Assembly (NCBI GenBank): GCA_934182615.1
Contig: CAKPRO010000009.1
Location: forward strand, 5,282 to 69,281
Direction of reading: 5' to 3'
Origin: an uncultured Bacilli bacterium
GTDB lineage: Bacteria; Bacillota_I; Bacilli_A; RF39; UBA660
Length of the DNA stretch: 64,000 bases
Shown: one piece after another, positions 35,719-45,946 of the stretch
How positions within the stretch are numbered: the stretch's first letter is position 1
Layout: each line of letters starts with the position of its first letter
Program-made: the position numbers and the translations under genes
Notes under the pieces: generated by a model
Databases searched by the model: none
What the model saw: only the letters and a program-made list of their open reading frames with translations
What the model was told of the DNA's origin: nothing

Positions 35719-38323
35719 TTTTAACCTCCCTGTAATCTTTAAATAATTTTGTATATATTGGTTTTACTAACTCTCCTAATACAAACATTATAAAACATAT
35801 TCCGATAGTTATCAAGATATAATTTATTTTTATATTTGGTACTATAAAGTATTTACTTATTGGGGTTACTAATACTATGATTTGAACTAATAGTATTAAG
35901 AATACTCCTAATGTTAGTTTTTTATTTGAAAAGATGTCTTTATTTAGTACTGACTTCTTAATATTACGACAAGAGAACGAGAATAGTAATTCATGAGTTA
36001 CTAAGTAGATAAATAATAATGAACCTGCGGTATTTACATCTGCTTCTTTTGCAAAATAGATAAATATTATTAACATTACTATTGATTTTATGATTGCTCC
36101 GATTACTATTTTAGCTGTTAATAATGGTGTAAAGAAACTTTCATTGTATTTATTAGCAAGAGTATTTTCCATTTGGTCTTCTGTTTTCTTTTCGAAAGCT
36201 AACATAATAGCAGGTATACTATCGGTTACTAGGTTTATCCATAGTAGTTGTAATGTTGTAAACATTTCCATATTTAGTACCATAGATATGAATACTAGAA
36301 GTACTTCTACTATATTACCCGCGAGTAAGTATAGTATTATTTTCTTGATATTAGAAGTTATTCTTCTTCCTTCTTCAACTCCATCGACGATGGTAGAAAA
36401 ACTATCATCTACAAGAATACAATCTGCTACTTTTTTTACTACTTCAGTTCCGGTTATTCCCATACCTATTCCAATATCAGCTTTTTGAATAGCAGGTGCA
36501 TCGTTTACGCCATCACCGGTCATAGCTACAACATAACCATTACTTTGAAGTGCATCTACTATCCTTAATTTGGTACTTGGTGATATTCTAGCATAAACAT
36601 TATATTTTTTTACTGCTTCTTTTAATTCATCGTCTGTTAACTTATCTATTTCTTTTCCTGTTGTGGCTCCTTCATCGGTATCGATAATACCAACACTTTT
36701 AGCTATTGCACGAGCAGTATTTATACTATCTCCAGTTATCATAACTATTTTTATTCCAGAATTTTTACATGTATTAATAGCATTTGGTACTGATATTCTT
36801 GGTGGATCCATCATTCCTATTAATCCTATAAATATCATATTATGTTCTGGGTCACTTGTGTTTTCTGTTTTATAGGCTAGTGCTAAGATACGAAGGGATT
36901 TTTCTGATTCTTCTTCTTCTATTTTAAATATTTTTTCTTTATATTCAGTAGTTATATTATATAATTTATTATCTTCTAGATAATAGGAACAGTTTTGTAA
37001 TACTGAGTCCAAACTTCCTTTAGTAAATGAATATTCTTTACCTTCAATGGTATTGATAGTACTCATCATTTTTCTATCTGAGTCAAATGGATACTCTTTT
37101 ACTCTTGGAATATTTATTAATATATTTTTTTCTTCAAGGTATTTATAGATGGCTACTTCGGTTTCATCTCCTAGATATTTATCATTATTTTTAGTTACAT
37201 TCTGACAACTTGATAAACAATAATTATATAGATTTATGTTTTCAATATTATCTTTTTCGGTATATAATTTATTGTTTACATAGATACTTTTTACTTGCAT
37301 TTTGTTCTCAGTAATAGTTCCTGTTTTATCAGAACAGATTATGTCAGTAGAACCTAGTGTTTCAACAGAAGCCATCTTTCTTATGATTACATTTCTTTTA
37401 GCCATTTCGGACATTCCTAGAGATAATATTATGGTTATTACTGATGACATTCCTTCAGGGATAGCGGCGACCGCTAATGAGATGGATAACATTAGGATAT
37501 CAAAGAAATCATTCTTTTTAAGTAGACCTACGACCATCATAACTATTATTATTGCTATTATTATATAGGTTAATACTTTACTTATTTGGTTTACTTTCTT
37601 TTGGAGTGGAGTTAGTTCATTCTTATTATTCATAAGGCTTGCTCCTATTTTACCTAGTTCTGTATCCATAGCGGTACTACATACTACTACAAAGGCATGG
37701 CCATTGGTTACATTACATCCGGCATAAACCATATTTTTTCTTTCGTATAATTCTTTTTCTTCGGTTATATCTATATTATCTTTCTTGATACTTTTTGATT
37801 CCCCGGTTAGGGTTGATTCATTTACTTCTAAGGCTTCTGATGATATTATTCTAGCATCAGCGGATACATAATCACCTGCTTCTAATTCTATTATATCTCC
37901 TGGTACAATCTTTCTTACATCAATTGTTTCTTTTTTACCATCTCTTATGACATTATTATTTGTTATAAACATTTTATTTAGTTCTTCAATAGCCTTATCG
38001 GCTTTCTTTTCTTCAATAAAACTTAGGGTTGCATTTATTATGACGATTATTAGAATTATTACTGAGTCAGCATATGATTCTTTTTGGATATAAGATATTA
38101 CTGCAGAAAATACTGAAGCAAAGATAAGTAAAATTATCATTAGATCATTAAACTGATTTAAAAAGATTATGAAATTTGATTTTTTCTTTCGTTCTGCTAA
38201 TTTATTTTCGCCATACTCCTCTAATCTCTTACTTGCTTCTTCTTCAGTTAATCCACTTATATTGGTATTTAATTCTTTATATAGTTCTTCTACTTTTTTA
38301 TTATAATAATTATTTTCTTTCAT
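35708..38323 (-). CDS. P-type (type II, Ca2+-transporting-like) ATPase
   Basis: TGES, DKTGTIT, MITGD and TGDGVNDAPA motifs. About 10 TM segments. Confidence 0.9.
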   Translation of the reverse strand: MKENNYYNKKVEELYKELNTNISGLTEEEASKRLEEYGENKLAERKKKSNFIIFLNQFNDLMIILLIFASVFSAVISYIQKESYADSVIILIIVIINATLSFIEEKKADKAIEELNKMFITNNNVIRDGKKETIDVRKIVPGDIIELEAGDYVSADARIISSEALEVNESTLTGESKSIKKDNIDITEEKELYERKNMVYAGCNVTNGHAFVVVCSTAMDTELGKIGASLMNNKNELTPLQKKVNQISKVLTYIIIAIIIVMMVVGLLKKNDFFDILMLSISLAVAAIPEGMSSVITIILSLGMSEMAKRNVIIRKMASVETLGSTDIICSDKTGTITENKMQVKSIYVNNKLYTEKDNIENINLYNYCLSSCQNVTKNNDKYLGDETEVAIYKYLEEKNILINIPRVKEYPFDSDRKMMSTINTIEGKEYSFTKGSLDSVLQNCSYYLEDNKLYNITTEYKEKIFKIEEEESEKSLRILALAYKTENTSDPEHNMIFIGLIGMMDPPRISVPNAINTCKNSGIKIVMITGDSINTARAIAKSVGIIDTDEGATTGKEIDKLTDDELKEAVKKYNVYARISPSTKLRIVDALQSNGYVVAMTGDGVNDAPAIQKADIGIGMGITGTEVVKKVADCILVDDSFSTIVDGVEEGRRITSNIKKIILYLLAGNIVEVLLVFISMVLNMEMFTTLQLLWINLVTDSIPAIMLAFEKKTEDQMENTLANKYNESFFTPLLTAKIVIGAIIKSIVMLIIFIYFAKEADVNTAGSLLFIYLVTHELLFSFSCRNIKKSVLNKDIFSNKKLTLGVFLILLVQIIVLVTPISKYFIVPNIKINYILITIGICFIMFVLGELVKPIYTKLFKDYREVKNEK

Positions 38324-38335
38324 CTTTTTACTCCT

Positions 38336-38512
38336 TTATATTAGATATGATAGAACAAACATTACTATCATTATTATTAAGATTATTATTAAGAGTACTT
38401 TGGTTATGTTTATTAAGATATTTTGATATGGTTTTAGTACTCTTATGCCACAGTTACGACAGTATTTATCACTATCTCTTACTACTTTTTTACAATTTAT
38501 GCATTCTTTCAT
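38336..38512 (-). CDS. Small zinc-ribbon + TM protein (58 aa)
   Basis: Hand translation gives MKECINCKKVVRDSDKYCRNCG...hydrophobic tail. ATGA start/stop overlap with the upstream gene. Confidence 0.45.
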   Translation of the reverse strand: MKECINCKKVVRDSDKYCRNCGIRVLKPYQNILINITKVLLIIILIIMIVMFVLSYLI

Positions 38513-39630
38513 TGTTGTAACCTCTCTTTTATGATATTTATTATTTCTAATGAACTAGTACTTGACGAATCTCTATGTAAGTAATAGTCATGAATGGCTT
38601 CGGCGATTACTTCATCATAATTTACACTTTCTTTTACTTTTTGACTAGCATAACCAGAGATACTTTTGGTAAAGTCTTCAAGTGAAATATTGGTATTATA
38701 CTTTTTGTTATAACTCTCTATGGCTTCTTCGACTAGTTCTTTTGAGTATGTTCCTTCTTTTAAGATATTTAGAATATTTTGATAGCTATTTATATTATCT
38801 TTTGTTACTAGTGTTATGTTATCAATATTATTTTGTTTTAATAATGTTACAAATGTTATGTAATGTCCTAATTCATGGGCTATTAGTGATTCATAACTAG
38901 CATTATTTGGATACCAGTTTTCTTTTAATCCTTTACTTAGGATATCTTTATTTAAGAAATAATAACTATTTAATAAGATTTCTGTTTTATTTACTTTGTT
39001 ATATTCTTTTATATCTAAGTTATTATTTATAAAGGTATTAGTAGGATTGAAATAAGCTATATAGTCTTCGTTATTTGGAGCATTGGTTACTGTTATGTTT
39101 GTTAGATAGCCTTTTATATTAGGAAATAACTGATATGTTGTACTTATTACTTCTTTTATTTTGTTTGATACATCTTCATCAACATCACATAAACTTACAC
39201 TGGGAATATTATAGTTTTCACTTATTTCTTTTTCGATTAGAGATACATTTATATTTCTTTTACATTTCCAAGATTGTTTTGTGATATCTTGTTTTATTAG
39301 GTTTATGGCTTCTTCTTTGGTACTCAAAGTTACATTTGTATATTTATTATTGGTATTCATAATGGATACTTTATAACCATATTTTAAGCTAGATATTTCT
39401 TTTTGTAATTCTATATATGGTCTAAACATATCTTTACCACTTATTAAAGTCATAGCAATAAAACTTATTATGATAATAGAAGTTAAGGTAAATAATGAGC
39501 CAATATTATTTTCTTTATATCTTAATTTATTATCTTTTAGAGATAAATAACCATGAGGAGTTAGTTCTCCACAGGTGGGGCAGAAGTTATCATCCACTTC
39601 TAGTTCTTCATTACACTTTATACATTTCAT
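38509..39630 (-). CDS. Zinc-ribbon / TM / extracellular HExxH metalloprotease-like protein
   Basis: N-terminal CIKCNEELEVDDNFCPTCG, one TM segment, and LIAHELGHYITF. Confidence 0.65.
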   Translation of the reverse strand: MKCIKCNEELEVDDNFCPTCGELTPHGYLSLKDNKLRYKENNIGSLFTLTSIIIISFIAMTLISGKDMFRPYIELQKEISSLKYGYKVSIMNTNNKYTNVTLSTKEEAINLIKQDITKQSWKCKRNINVSLIEKEISENYNIPSVSLCDVDEDVSNKIKEVISTTYQLFPNIKGYLTNITVTNAPNNEDYIAYFNPTNTFINNNLDIKEYNKVNKTEILLNSYYFLNKDILSKGLKENWYPNNASYESLIAHELGHYITFVTLLKQNNIDNITLVTKDNINSYQNILNILKEGTYSKELVEEAIESYNKKYNTNISLEDFTKSISGYASQKVKESVNYDEVIAEAIHDYYLHRDSSSTSSLEIINIIKERLQQ

Positions 39631-39736
39631 AGTTTCTCCTTTGCTACTTTATTTAATTATATCATATTTTGTCGTATTTGTTTGTAAAAAAATGATATTT
39701 TTATTTTTAATGGGAAAATTATATTAGGTGTTAGAT

Positions 39737-40174
39737 ATGAATTTTCAAAAACTAATAGAATTAAGAGAAGACTTTAATCTTAAACAAAAGGATATTGCTA
39801 AGCTATTAAACATTACTCAGCAGACTTATTCACTATGGGAAAATGGCAGTAAAATTATTCCTTTAAAGCATTTGAATTCTTTATGTAACTATTATAATGT
39901 TAGTATGGATTATATGCTGGGGCTTTCTAATAAGAATAGTTTTAATAATGGTAAATATAATATTGATAAAAAGATTATTGGTAGGAGATTAAAAGAATTT
40001 AGAAAAGAAAAAAATATTACCCAAGAAGAACTAGCTAGTACTCTTAATACTACTCATTCAACGATTAGTGCTTATGAAAGTGGTAAAACTACTATTCTTA
40101 CAGCTTTTGCTTATGAGATATGTAAAAGATATAACATTTCTATGGACTATTTATGTGGTAGAATACTTATTTGA
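39737..40174 (+). CDS. XRE-family regulator with two HTH_3 domains
   Basis: LKQKDIAKLLNITQQTYSLWENG and ITQEELASTLNTTHSTISAYESG. Confidence 0.85.
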   Translation: MNFQKLIELREDFNLKQKDIAKLLNITQQTYSLWENGSKIIPLKHLNSLCNYYNVSMDYMLGLSNKNSFNNGKYNIDKKIIGRRLKEFRKEKNITQEELASTLNTTHSTISAYESGKTTILTAFAYEICKRYNISMDYLCGRILI

Positions 40175-40200
40175 TATTTTTTATATTATATATACTTTTA

Positions 40201-40277
40201 TTTCAGAGACATTTGGCTCTGAAATTTTTTTGAAAGACATTTGGCTTTCAAAACCTCGAACAACATAGTGTGAGAGG
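40201..40277 (+). repeat. Hairpin pair + GAACAAC..AGTGTGAGAGG box (copy g)
   Basis: tttcagAGACatttGGCTctgaaa (40201-40224) and tttgaaAGACatttGGCTttcaaa (40229-40252). Box at 40256-40277. Confidence 0.75.
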
Positions 40278-40338
40278 AATATAATTTTTTATTATATTTT
40301 TATTATTTTGGTTCATAATATTTTTGAGGAGGATATTT

Positions 40339-40776
40339 ATGAAAGAAAATTATGAATTAATGGAACATATTTATAAAGATGCTGAAATGGCTGTTTATAC
40401 TTTGACTACTCTTACTAATGATTTAAAAGATAAAGATAATAAAATAAAGAAGACTCTTGAAGATATTCTTAAAGAATATGAGTCTTGGAAAAAGAAGAGT
40501 ATGAAGTATTTAAAGAAAGGAAAAGCAGAAATTACTGATAGTGGAGTTATGGCCAAAATGATGGCTAAGATGGGTATTAAGAAAGAAGTTATTAATGATA
40601 ATAGTGATTCTTCGATTGCTAAGATGATTATTAAGGGTGTATCAACAGGGTCTGTGGATATGGAAAAGAAAATTAAGGCTTATGATAAAGATGTTGATAA
40701 GAGTGATTTGAAGATAGCGAAAGAATTTTTGAAATTTCAAGAAAAGACTATAGATGAACTTAAAGAATATCTATAG
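40339..40776 (+). CDS. Hypothetical helical protein (145 aa)
   Basis: SD tgaggagg before the ATG. Lys/Glu-rich helical sequence. Confidence 0.55.
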   Translation: MKENYELMEHIYKDAEMAVYTLTTLTNDLKDKDNKIKKTLEDILKEYESWKKKSMKYLKKGKAEITDSGVMAKMMAKMGIKKEVINDNSDSSIAKMIIKGVSTGSVDMEKKIKAYDKDVDKSDLKIAKEFLKFQEKTIDELKEYL

Positions 40777-40830
40777 TTTTTTTAATATTTTTATATACAA
40801 TTATTTATTTATGTGGTAAAATTATAATAG

Positions 40831-42603
40831 GTGAAGAAGAATATGTTGGGGAGAATTATTGCTATTAATGATAATATTGTTTCAGTACAATTATCTGTTA
40901 ATATTTATGATTATGATAGTTTAATTAGTAAGAATGTTATATTTAAAGATACTTCTGCGATTAGTATTGGGGAAGTTATTGCTATTGGTAATGGTATTAT
41001 GCAGGTATCTTTAGTGGGAGAAATTAGAAATAATAAGTTTTTATTTGGAGATATTTCTAAGCCTTCTTTTAAGGCTACTTGTAATTTGATTGATAATAGT
41101 GTTCTTGATATTATTTTAAATAATGATGGACCTAATAGTATTAAACTTGGTAAGTCTTTTATTTATCCTGATTACGATATTAAACTTGATGTTGGTAATT
41201 TCTTTTCTAATCATTTTGCTATACTAGGTAATTCTGGTAGTGGTAAATCTTACTCTGTTGCTAAGATTCTTCAGAGTGTCTTCTACCAATGTAAGAGTTT
41301 ACCTTTCTATTCTAATATATTCTTATTTGATGCTTATGGAGAGTATCAAAGAGCTTTTTCTAGGATACATGAAGTTAATGATAATATTAATTATAAGGTA
41401 TATACTACTGATTTAAATAGTACTGAATTTGATATTTTACAATATCCTTTTTGGTTACTTGGTATTGATGATTTGGCTTTACTTATGGGTGTTACTTCTA
41501 AAGAGCAATTACCAGTTATTGAGAAGGCTTTAAAATTAGTTAGTTATTTTGCTAGAAAAGAAGAAGAAGTTATTAATCAGAAGAATGATATTATTGCTAG
41601 ATGTTTATTAGATATTTTATTTTCTGGTAAGAGTGCTAGTATGATTAGAAATAAGATTGTTTCTATTCTTACTAAATTTAATACTAGTAATCTTAACTTA
41701 GAAGTTAAACTTGTTAAGGGTGGATGGACTAGAACTATTAGACAATGTTTATTCGTAGAGAATACTGGTGAGTTTTCGGATGTTGAGGTTGTTATTGAAT
41801 ACTTAGAAAGTTTATGTTTGGATAATTTTGAGCTTTCTCTTCCTAATGGGGAATATATGTATACTATGAAAGACTTTAGTACGGCTTTGGAGTTTGCTCT
41901 TATATCTGAGGGTACTCTAAATAGTGATAAGGCTTTTGAACTTACTAATATTCTTAAAGTTAGATTTAATAATTTAATGAATAGTAATTATGCTAGATAC
42001 TTTGAATATGATGGTTATATTAATAGAGAGAGTTTTATTAATTTACTTCTTACTACTAATGATGGTAAGAAAGCACAGATTGTTAATTTTAATATTAATT
42101 ATGTTGATGATAGATTTGCTAAGAATTTGGTTAAAATATTTTCTAAACTTTTATTTGATTATATTGTATCTCTTAATCAGAGAGCTTCAATGCCATTTCA
42201 TATTGTTCTTGAAGAGGCTCATAGATATGTTCAGAATGATGAAGATGCCACTATACTTGGATATAATATTTTTGAAAGAATTACTAAGGAAGGTAGAAAA
42301 TATGGATTACTTCTTGGTATTGTTTCTCAAAGACCTTCTGAGCTTTCTGAAACTACAATATCACAGTGTAGTAACTTCTTAGTATTTAAGATGTTTCATC
42401 CTAGGGATTTACAATTTATTAAGGATATTATTTCTAGTGCAGATATTACTTTGACTAATAAGATTAAGACTTTACATCCTGGTACTTGTATTATGTTTGG
42501 TACGGCTTTTAAGATGCCTACGATTGCTATTCTTGATAAACCTAATCCTGAACCTCTTAGTCAGAGTTGTGATATTAATAAGACTTGGTATATTCATAAT
42601 TAG
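40831..42603 (+). CDS. HerA/FtsK-like (DUF87) ATPase with an N-terminal HAS-barrel-like segment
   Basis: GRIIAINDNIVSVQL...IGEVIAIGNGIMQVSL, Walker A GNSGSGKS, Walker B HIVLEEAHRY, and GIVSQRPSEL. Confidence 0.75.
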   Translation: MKKNMLGRIIAINDNIVSVQLSVNIYDYDSLISKNVIFKDTSAISIGEVIAIGNGIMQVSLVGEIRNNKFLFGDISKPSFKATCNLIDNSVLDIILNNDGPNSIKLGKSFIYPDYDIKLDVGNFFSNHFAILGNSGSGKSYSVAKILQSVFYQCKSLPFYSNIFLFDAYGEYQRAFSRIHEVNDNINYKVYTTDLNSTEFDILQYPFWLLGIDDLALLMGVTSKEQLPVIEKALKLVSYFARKEEEVINQKNDIIARCLLDILFSGKSASMIRNKIVSILTKFNTSNLNLEVKLVKGGWTRTIRQCLFVENTGEFSDVEVVIEYLESLCLDNFELSLPNGEYMYTMKDFSTALEFALISEGTLNSDKAFELTNILKVRFNNLMNSNYARYFEYDGYINRESFINLLLTTNDGKKAQIVNFNINYVDDRFAKNLVKIFSKLLFDYIVSLNQRASMPFHIVLEEAHRYVQNDEDATILGYNIFERITKEGRKYGLLLGIVSQRPSELSETTISQCSNFLVFKMFHPRDLQFIKDIISSADITLTNKIKTLHPGTCIMFGTAFKMPTIAILDKPNPEPLSQSCDINKTWYIHN

Positions 42604-42613
42604 TTATAATAAA

Positions 42614-42651
42614 AAGATAATTCTTGATATTTAGAATTATCTTTATTTTTT
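42614..42651 (+). terminator. Intrinsic terminator of the HerA-like gene
   Basis: 11-bp stem aagataattct / agaattatctt plus a T-run. Confidence 0.75.
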
Positions 42652-42654
42652 ATG

Positions 42655-42707
42655 CCACTTCAGCCTATAGTCTTACGTGGTAAATTAGAGCCTGTAGTCT
42701 CTAATTT
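42655..42707 (-). repeat. Hairpin pair (copy h, the only copy in inverted orientation)
   Basis: The reverse complement aaattagAGACtacaGGCTctaattt accacgtaAGACtataGGCTgaagtgg aligns with copy c. Overlaps the stop of the 42706 gene. Confidence 0.7.
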
Positions 42708-43776
42708 AGTTATTTGGTTTTAATGTTTTAGTTTTATTGTTACTTAGTAAGGTATCTTTAAATATATTGATATCTTCTAGTAAAGTGTCTAAAGATTCTT
42801 TATTTAATTTTATATTTATTATTTTTAGTGAATCTTCTAGTGAATATCTATTATTTAATAACGATTCATTTAATTCTTCTATTTGCTTTAAGAAGTTGGA
42901 ATCTTTTTTATATTCTATATAATTATATAGTGAGAAAATAGCTACTGAGTAGTGTAATATTATAAACATAATATTTTGATTATTTATTCTTTCTTTATCA
43001 AATACTTCTAATGATGTTCGATAATTATCGTCATGATATAATAATTTATAATTTTCTTCAGATACTTTTCCAAGTAAATAGTAAAGTAAAGTTATTCTTA
43101 TGATATGGAAGCCTTGATTTATAATGCTATAAAAATTATTATACTCTGATATTTTAAATGTATTTACAGCTTCTTGATAGCCAATACCTTCTAAATAATC
43201 AGCATAAATTAGTTCTTCAGTAAAGGCAAGTAGTTCAGTCAAAATATCATTTACTTCTCCTCTTTTTATAGATGGTTGATTTCGGTAATGAGATATTTCA
43301 TGAACCCATATTATTGAATCAGTTACTAAATCATTATTATAAACATTTATTGCTTTATGATAAGTAGTATCTACTACTACTCGCTCTTGTGTTCTAATAT
43401 TGATATAACATTCTTCATGAATAATATAATTATTGTTGCCAGTGTATATTTCTTTATAGGTTGCTTTTTTAGGATTATTAGTACTTATTATGTTAAGTAC
43501 TCCGCTACTTGCTATTTCTTCCATTCTAAAGTCTATTCCTATATTTTTATAAAAAGCATCAATTAATTTTGACTTTGCCATATAATCAGCACGAGCACCA
43601 TCTCTCAAATCTAATTTTTCTACATCTAAACTATCCATATTGTAGTATAGAAAGGATATTAATTTATAAATATTTGACATATTATTAAATAATAATTTAT
43701 TTCCATTATAGGTAGCATCAAAAAAACTTTTTAGAAAGGTATTTGTAGATGCCTCAATATCAACTTTTTCTTTCAT
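42706..43776 (-). CDS. HExxH zincin (M3-like) protein
   Basis: IIWVHEISHY, followed by Glu residues about 22-29 aa downstream. Confidence 0.5.
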   Translation of the reverse strand: MKEKVDIEASTNTFLKSFFDATYNGNKLLFNNMSNIYKLISFLYYNMDSLDVEKLDLRDGARADYMAKSKLIDAFYKNIGIDFRMEEIASSGVLNIISTNNPKKATYKEIYTGNNNYIIHEECYINIRTQERVVVDTTYHKAINVYNNDLVTDSIIWVHEISHYRNQPSIKRGEVNDILTELLAFTEELIYADYLEGIGYQEAVNTFKISEYNNFYSIINQGFHIIRITLLYYLLGKVSEENYKLLYHDDNYRTSLEVFDKERINNQNIMFIILHYSVAIFSLYNYIEYKKDSNFLKQIEELNESLLNNRYSLEDSLKIINIKLNKESLDTLLEDINIFKDTLLSNNKTKTLKPNN

Positions 43777-43784
43777 CGTTTATC

Positions 43785-44834
43785 CTACTTTCTTTTTTTT
43801 ACTTTTATTTTGGCTAGTTCTTCAGTAATATCACTATATAGTTCTTTTTGACTTTGATAGTAGGCTTCGATTATATCTTTATTACTTTCATATATTCTTG
43901 TAGTTATATCTATGTATTCTCTATCTTCACTTGGGGCTGTTACTGCATCAGTTAATGTTGCAAGTACTTTTTTATTTTTCTTTTGTTTTGGTAGTATGTG
44001 AATATCTCCTGCTGCTGATGTATCTATTAAGATATTTTCTTTTATACTACTTGGTTTGTATATTCTAGATTGAGTTGGATCTAAATAATATGTATCTCCT
44101 TGGTAGACTGCTGTTGTTATCCTATGGTTACCGATTAAAGTTAATTTTTTATCTTTTTTAGGAATAATATACTCATAATATTTATTTAGTTCTTCTTCAT
44201 ATTGATATACTAAATCTAAAAAAGAAATGTTTGTTCTTTGGTGTTCGTTATGAATTTCTTCTAGCAGACTTAGCATATTTTCTACATTATCTTGCATTAC
44301 ATCAAAATCACTTTGATATACAGTTAAAGTATTTCCTTCTATTCCATAAGCATTATATATTTCTTTTAACATAGTAGCTATATGACGACATACTGCTTCA
44401 CCATTTATTATATTTGAAAAATAGATACCATCAATATCTCTAACTGTTTTTTCTCCAAAATCAAATTCTTTATTTTTAGATAAATAACCATCATGTAACA
44501 TCTTATCATAAAATGTATATATCTCTATAGGGTTTTGAAATTCAAATATTCTATTTAATTTTACATATTCGGAAAGAAATTCTTGATAAAGAGCTTTTAT
44601 TTTTTGAACTTCTTTAGTATGTGATTCTGAATTTCTTGAAAATATTGCATAACTAACATTTATAATATTTGCTCCTAGTAACAAAAGACTTGCTAATAAA
44701 CTATCACTTATGTTAGGTAAAAGAGATGTTCCTATTCCACATGACATGATTGCTATAGTATTAGCTTTAGATATTATTTCATTAGTATTATAACTTATGT
44801 TTCCATATATTTTATCTTTTAAATTATCTCTCAT
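43785..44834 (-). CDS. Membrane-anchored transglutaminase-like cysteine protease-fold protein (paralogue 2)
   Basis: GEAVCRHIA (Cys), GNHRITTAVYQG (His), YYLDPTQ (Asp). N-terminal TM pair. Confidence 0.6.
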   Translation of the reverse strand: MRDNLKDKIYGNISYNTNEIISKANTIAIMSCGIGTSLLPNISDSLLASLLLLGANIINVSYAIFSRNSESHTKEVQKIKALYQEFLSEYVKLNRIFEFQNPIEIYTFYDKMLHDGYLSKNKEFDFGEKTVRDIDGIYFSNIINGEAVCRHIATMLKEIYNAYGIEGNTLTVYQSDFDVMQDNVENMLSLLEEIHNEHQRTNISFLDLVYQYEEELNKYYEYIIPKKDKKLTLIGNHRITTAVYQGDTYYLDPTQSRIYKPSSIKENILIDTSAAGDIHILPKQKKNKKVLATLTDAVTAPSEDREYIDITTRIYESNKDIIEAYYQSQKELYSDITEELAKIKVKKRK

Positions 44835-44835
44835 A

Positions 44836-45864
44836 TTATCTTTTTTCCTTTCTCTTTACTTTTATATTTGACAATAGATTTGATATATAATTATATAGTT
44901 CTTGATGTTCTTTATAAAATCTTTCTAATATATCTTTATTTTGTTTATAAATATTAATAGTACTTTTGACATATTTTAAATCTTCACTAAATGGTGTTGA
45001 TGGATTTATTTTCATTTCTTCTGGTAAATTTGCTCTTGATATTATTTTAGTATCTCTTCGACCATCTTCAGATACTAAGAGATTAGGGGTGTTATTACTT
45101 GGTTTATACATTCTTGTTTGAGTGGGATCTAAGTAATAATCTTTTCCTTGGTAAACGGCTTTAGTTATACGGTGATTAGTTAAATTCCCTATATCTTTTG
45201 GATCTATATAGTAACTAAAGACCTCCTGTATTTTATCTTCAAGTAAGTAGGTTAAGTCTTCTAATGGGATACCTTTTATTATACTTATTTTTTGTAATTC
45301 TCTTTGATAATAGGCTAACATTCCTTCATCTATTTTAGTGTCTTTTTGAAATACACTAATATCATAACTTGTTATACCATAGTCTAAATAAATATCTTTT
45401 AACATTGGGGCTATATGACGACATACGGCTTCACCATTTATTACATTTGCTCCTTGAATAGTCATTATATCTTTAACTTTATCTTTTCCAAAATGGAATT
45501 CTTTATCTTTAGATAAATATCCAGCATATAGCATTTTATTATACAATGTATATATTTCTACAGGATTTTGAAAGCCAAATATTTTATTTAGTTTATTATA
45601 GTCTTTTATTAAATCATTATATAGGCTTTTTATTTCTTTGATATCTTTTGTATGTAATGATAGTTTTTCTCCATTACTATATATATAATATATCATATTT
45701 AATATACTTAACATCATTAATGAGGCGGCGTTATTTAAGTTTACTCCTAGTGAGAAGAAGCCTGTACCAAATGTTGTTAACATTAGGCCTAGATTTACAT
45801 CACTTATTAATTCACTAGTATTATAATTTATATTACTATATATTTTCTTTATTATTTTATCCAT
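44836..45864 (-). CDS. Membrane-anchored transglutaminase-like cysteine protease-fold protein (paralogue 1)
   Basis: GEAVCRHIA, TNHRITKAVYQG and YYLDPTQ. Clearly homologous to the adjacent gene. Confidence 0.6.
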   Translation of the reverse strand: MDKIIKKIYSNINYNTSELISDVNLGLMLTTFGTGFFSLGVNLNNAASLMMLSILNMIYYIYSNGEKLSLHTKDIKEIKSLYNDLIKDYNKLNKIFGFQNPVEIYTLYNKMLYAGYLSKDKEFHFGKDKVKDIMTIQGANVINGEAVCRHIAPMLKDIYLDYGITSYDISVFQKDTKIDEGMLAYYQRELQKISIIKGIPLEDLTYLLEDKIQEVFSYYIDPKDIGNLTNHRITKAVYQGKDYYLDPTQTRMYKPSNNTPNLLVSEDGRRDTKIISRANLPEEMKINPSTPFSEDLKYVKSTINIYKQNKDILERFYKEHQELYNYISNLLSNIKVKRKEKR

Positions 45865-45946
45865 AACAATTCCCCTTCATATGTGCTGGGTATTATACCA
45901 TATATTATTAGAAAAAGCAAATTTTTGTTTGCTTATGATAAAACTT

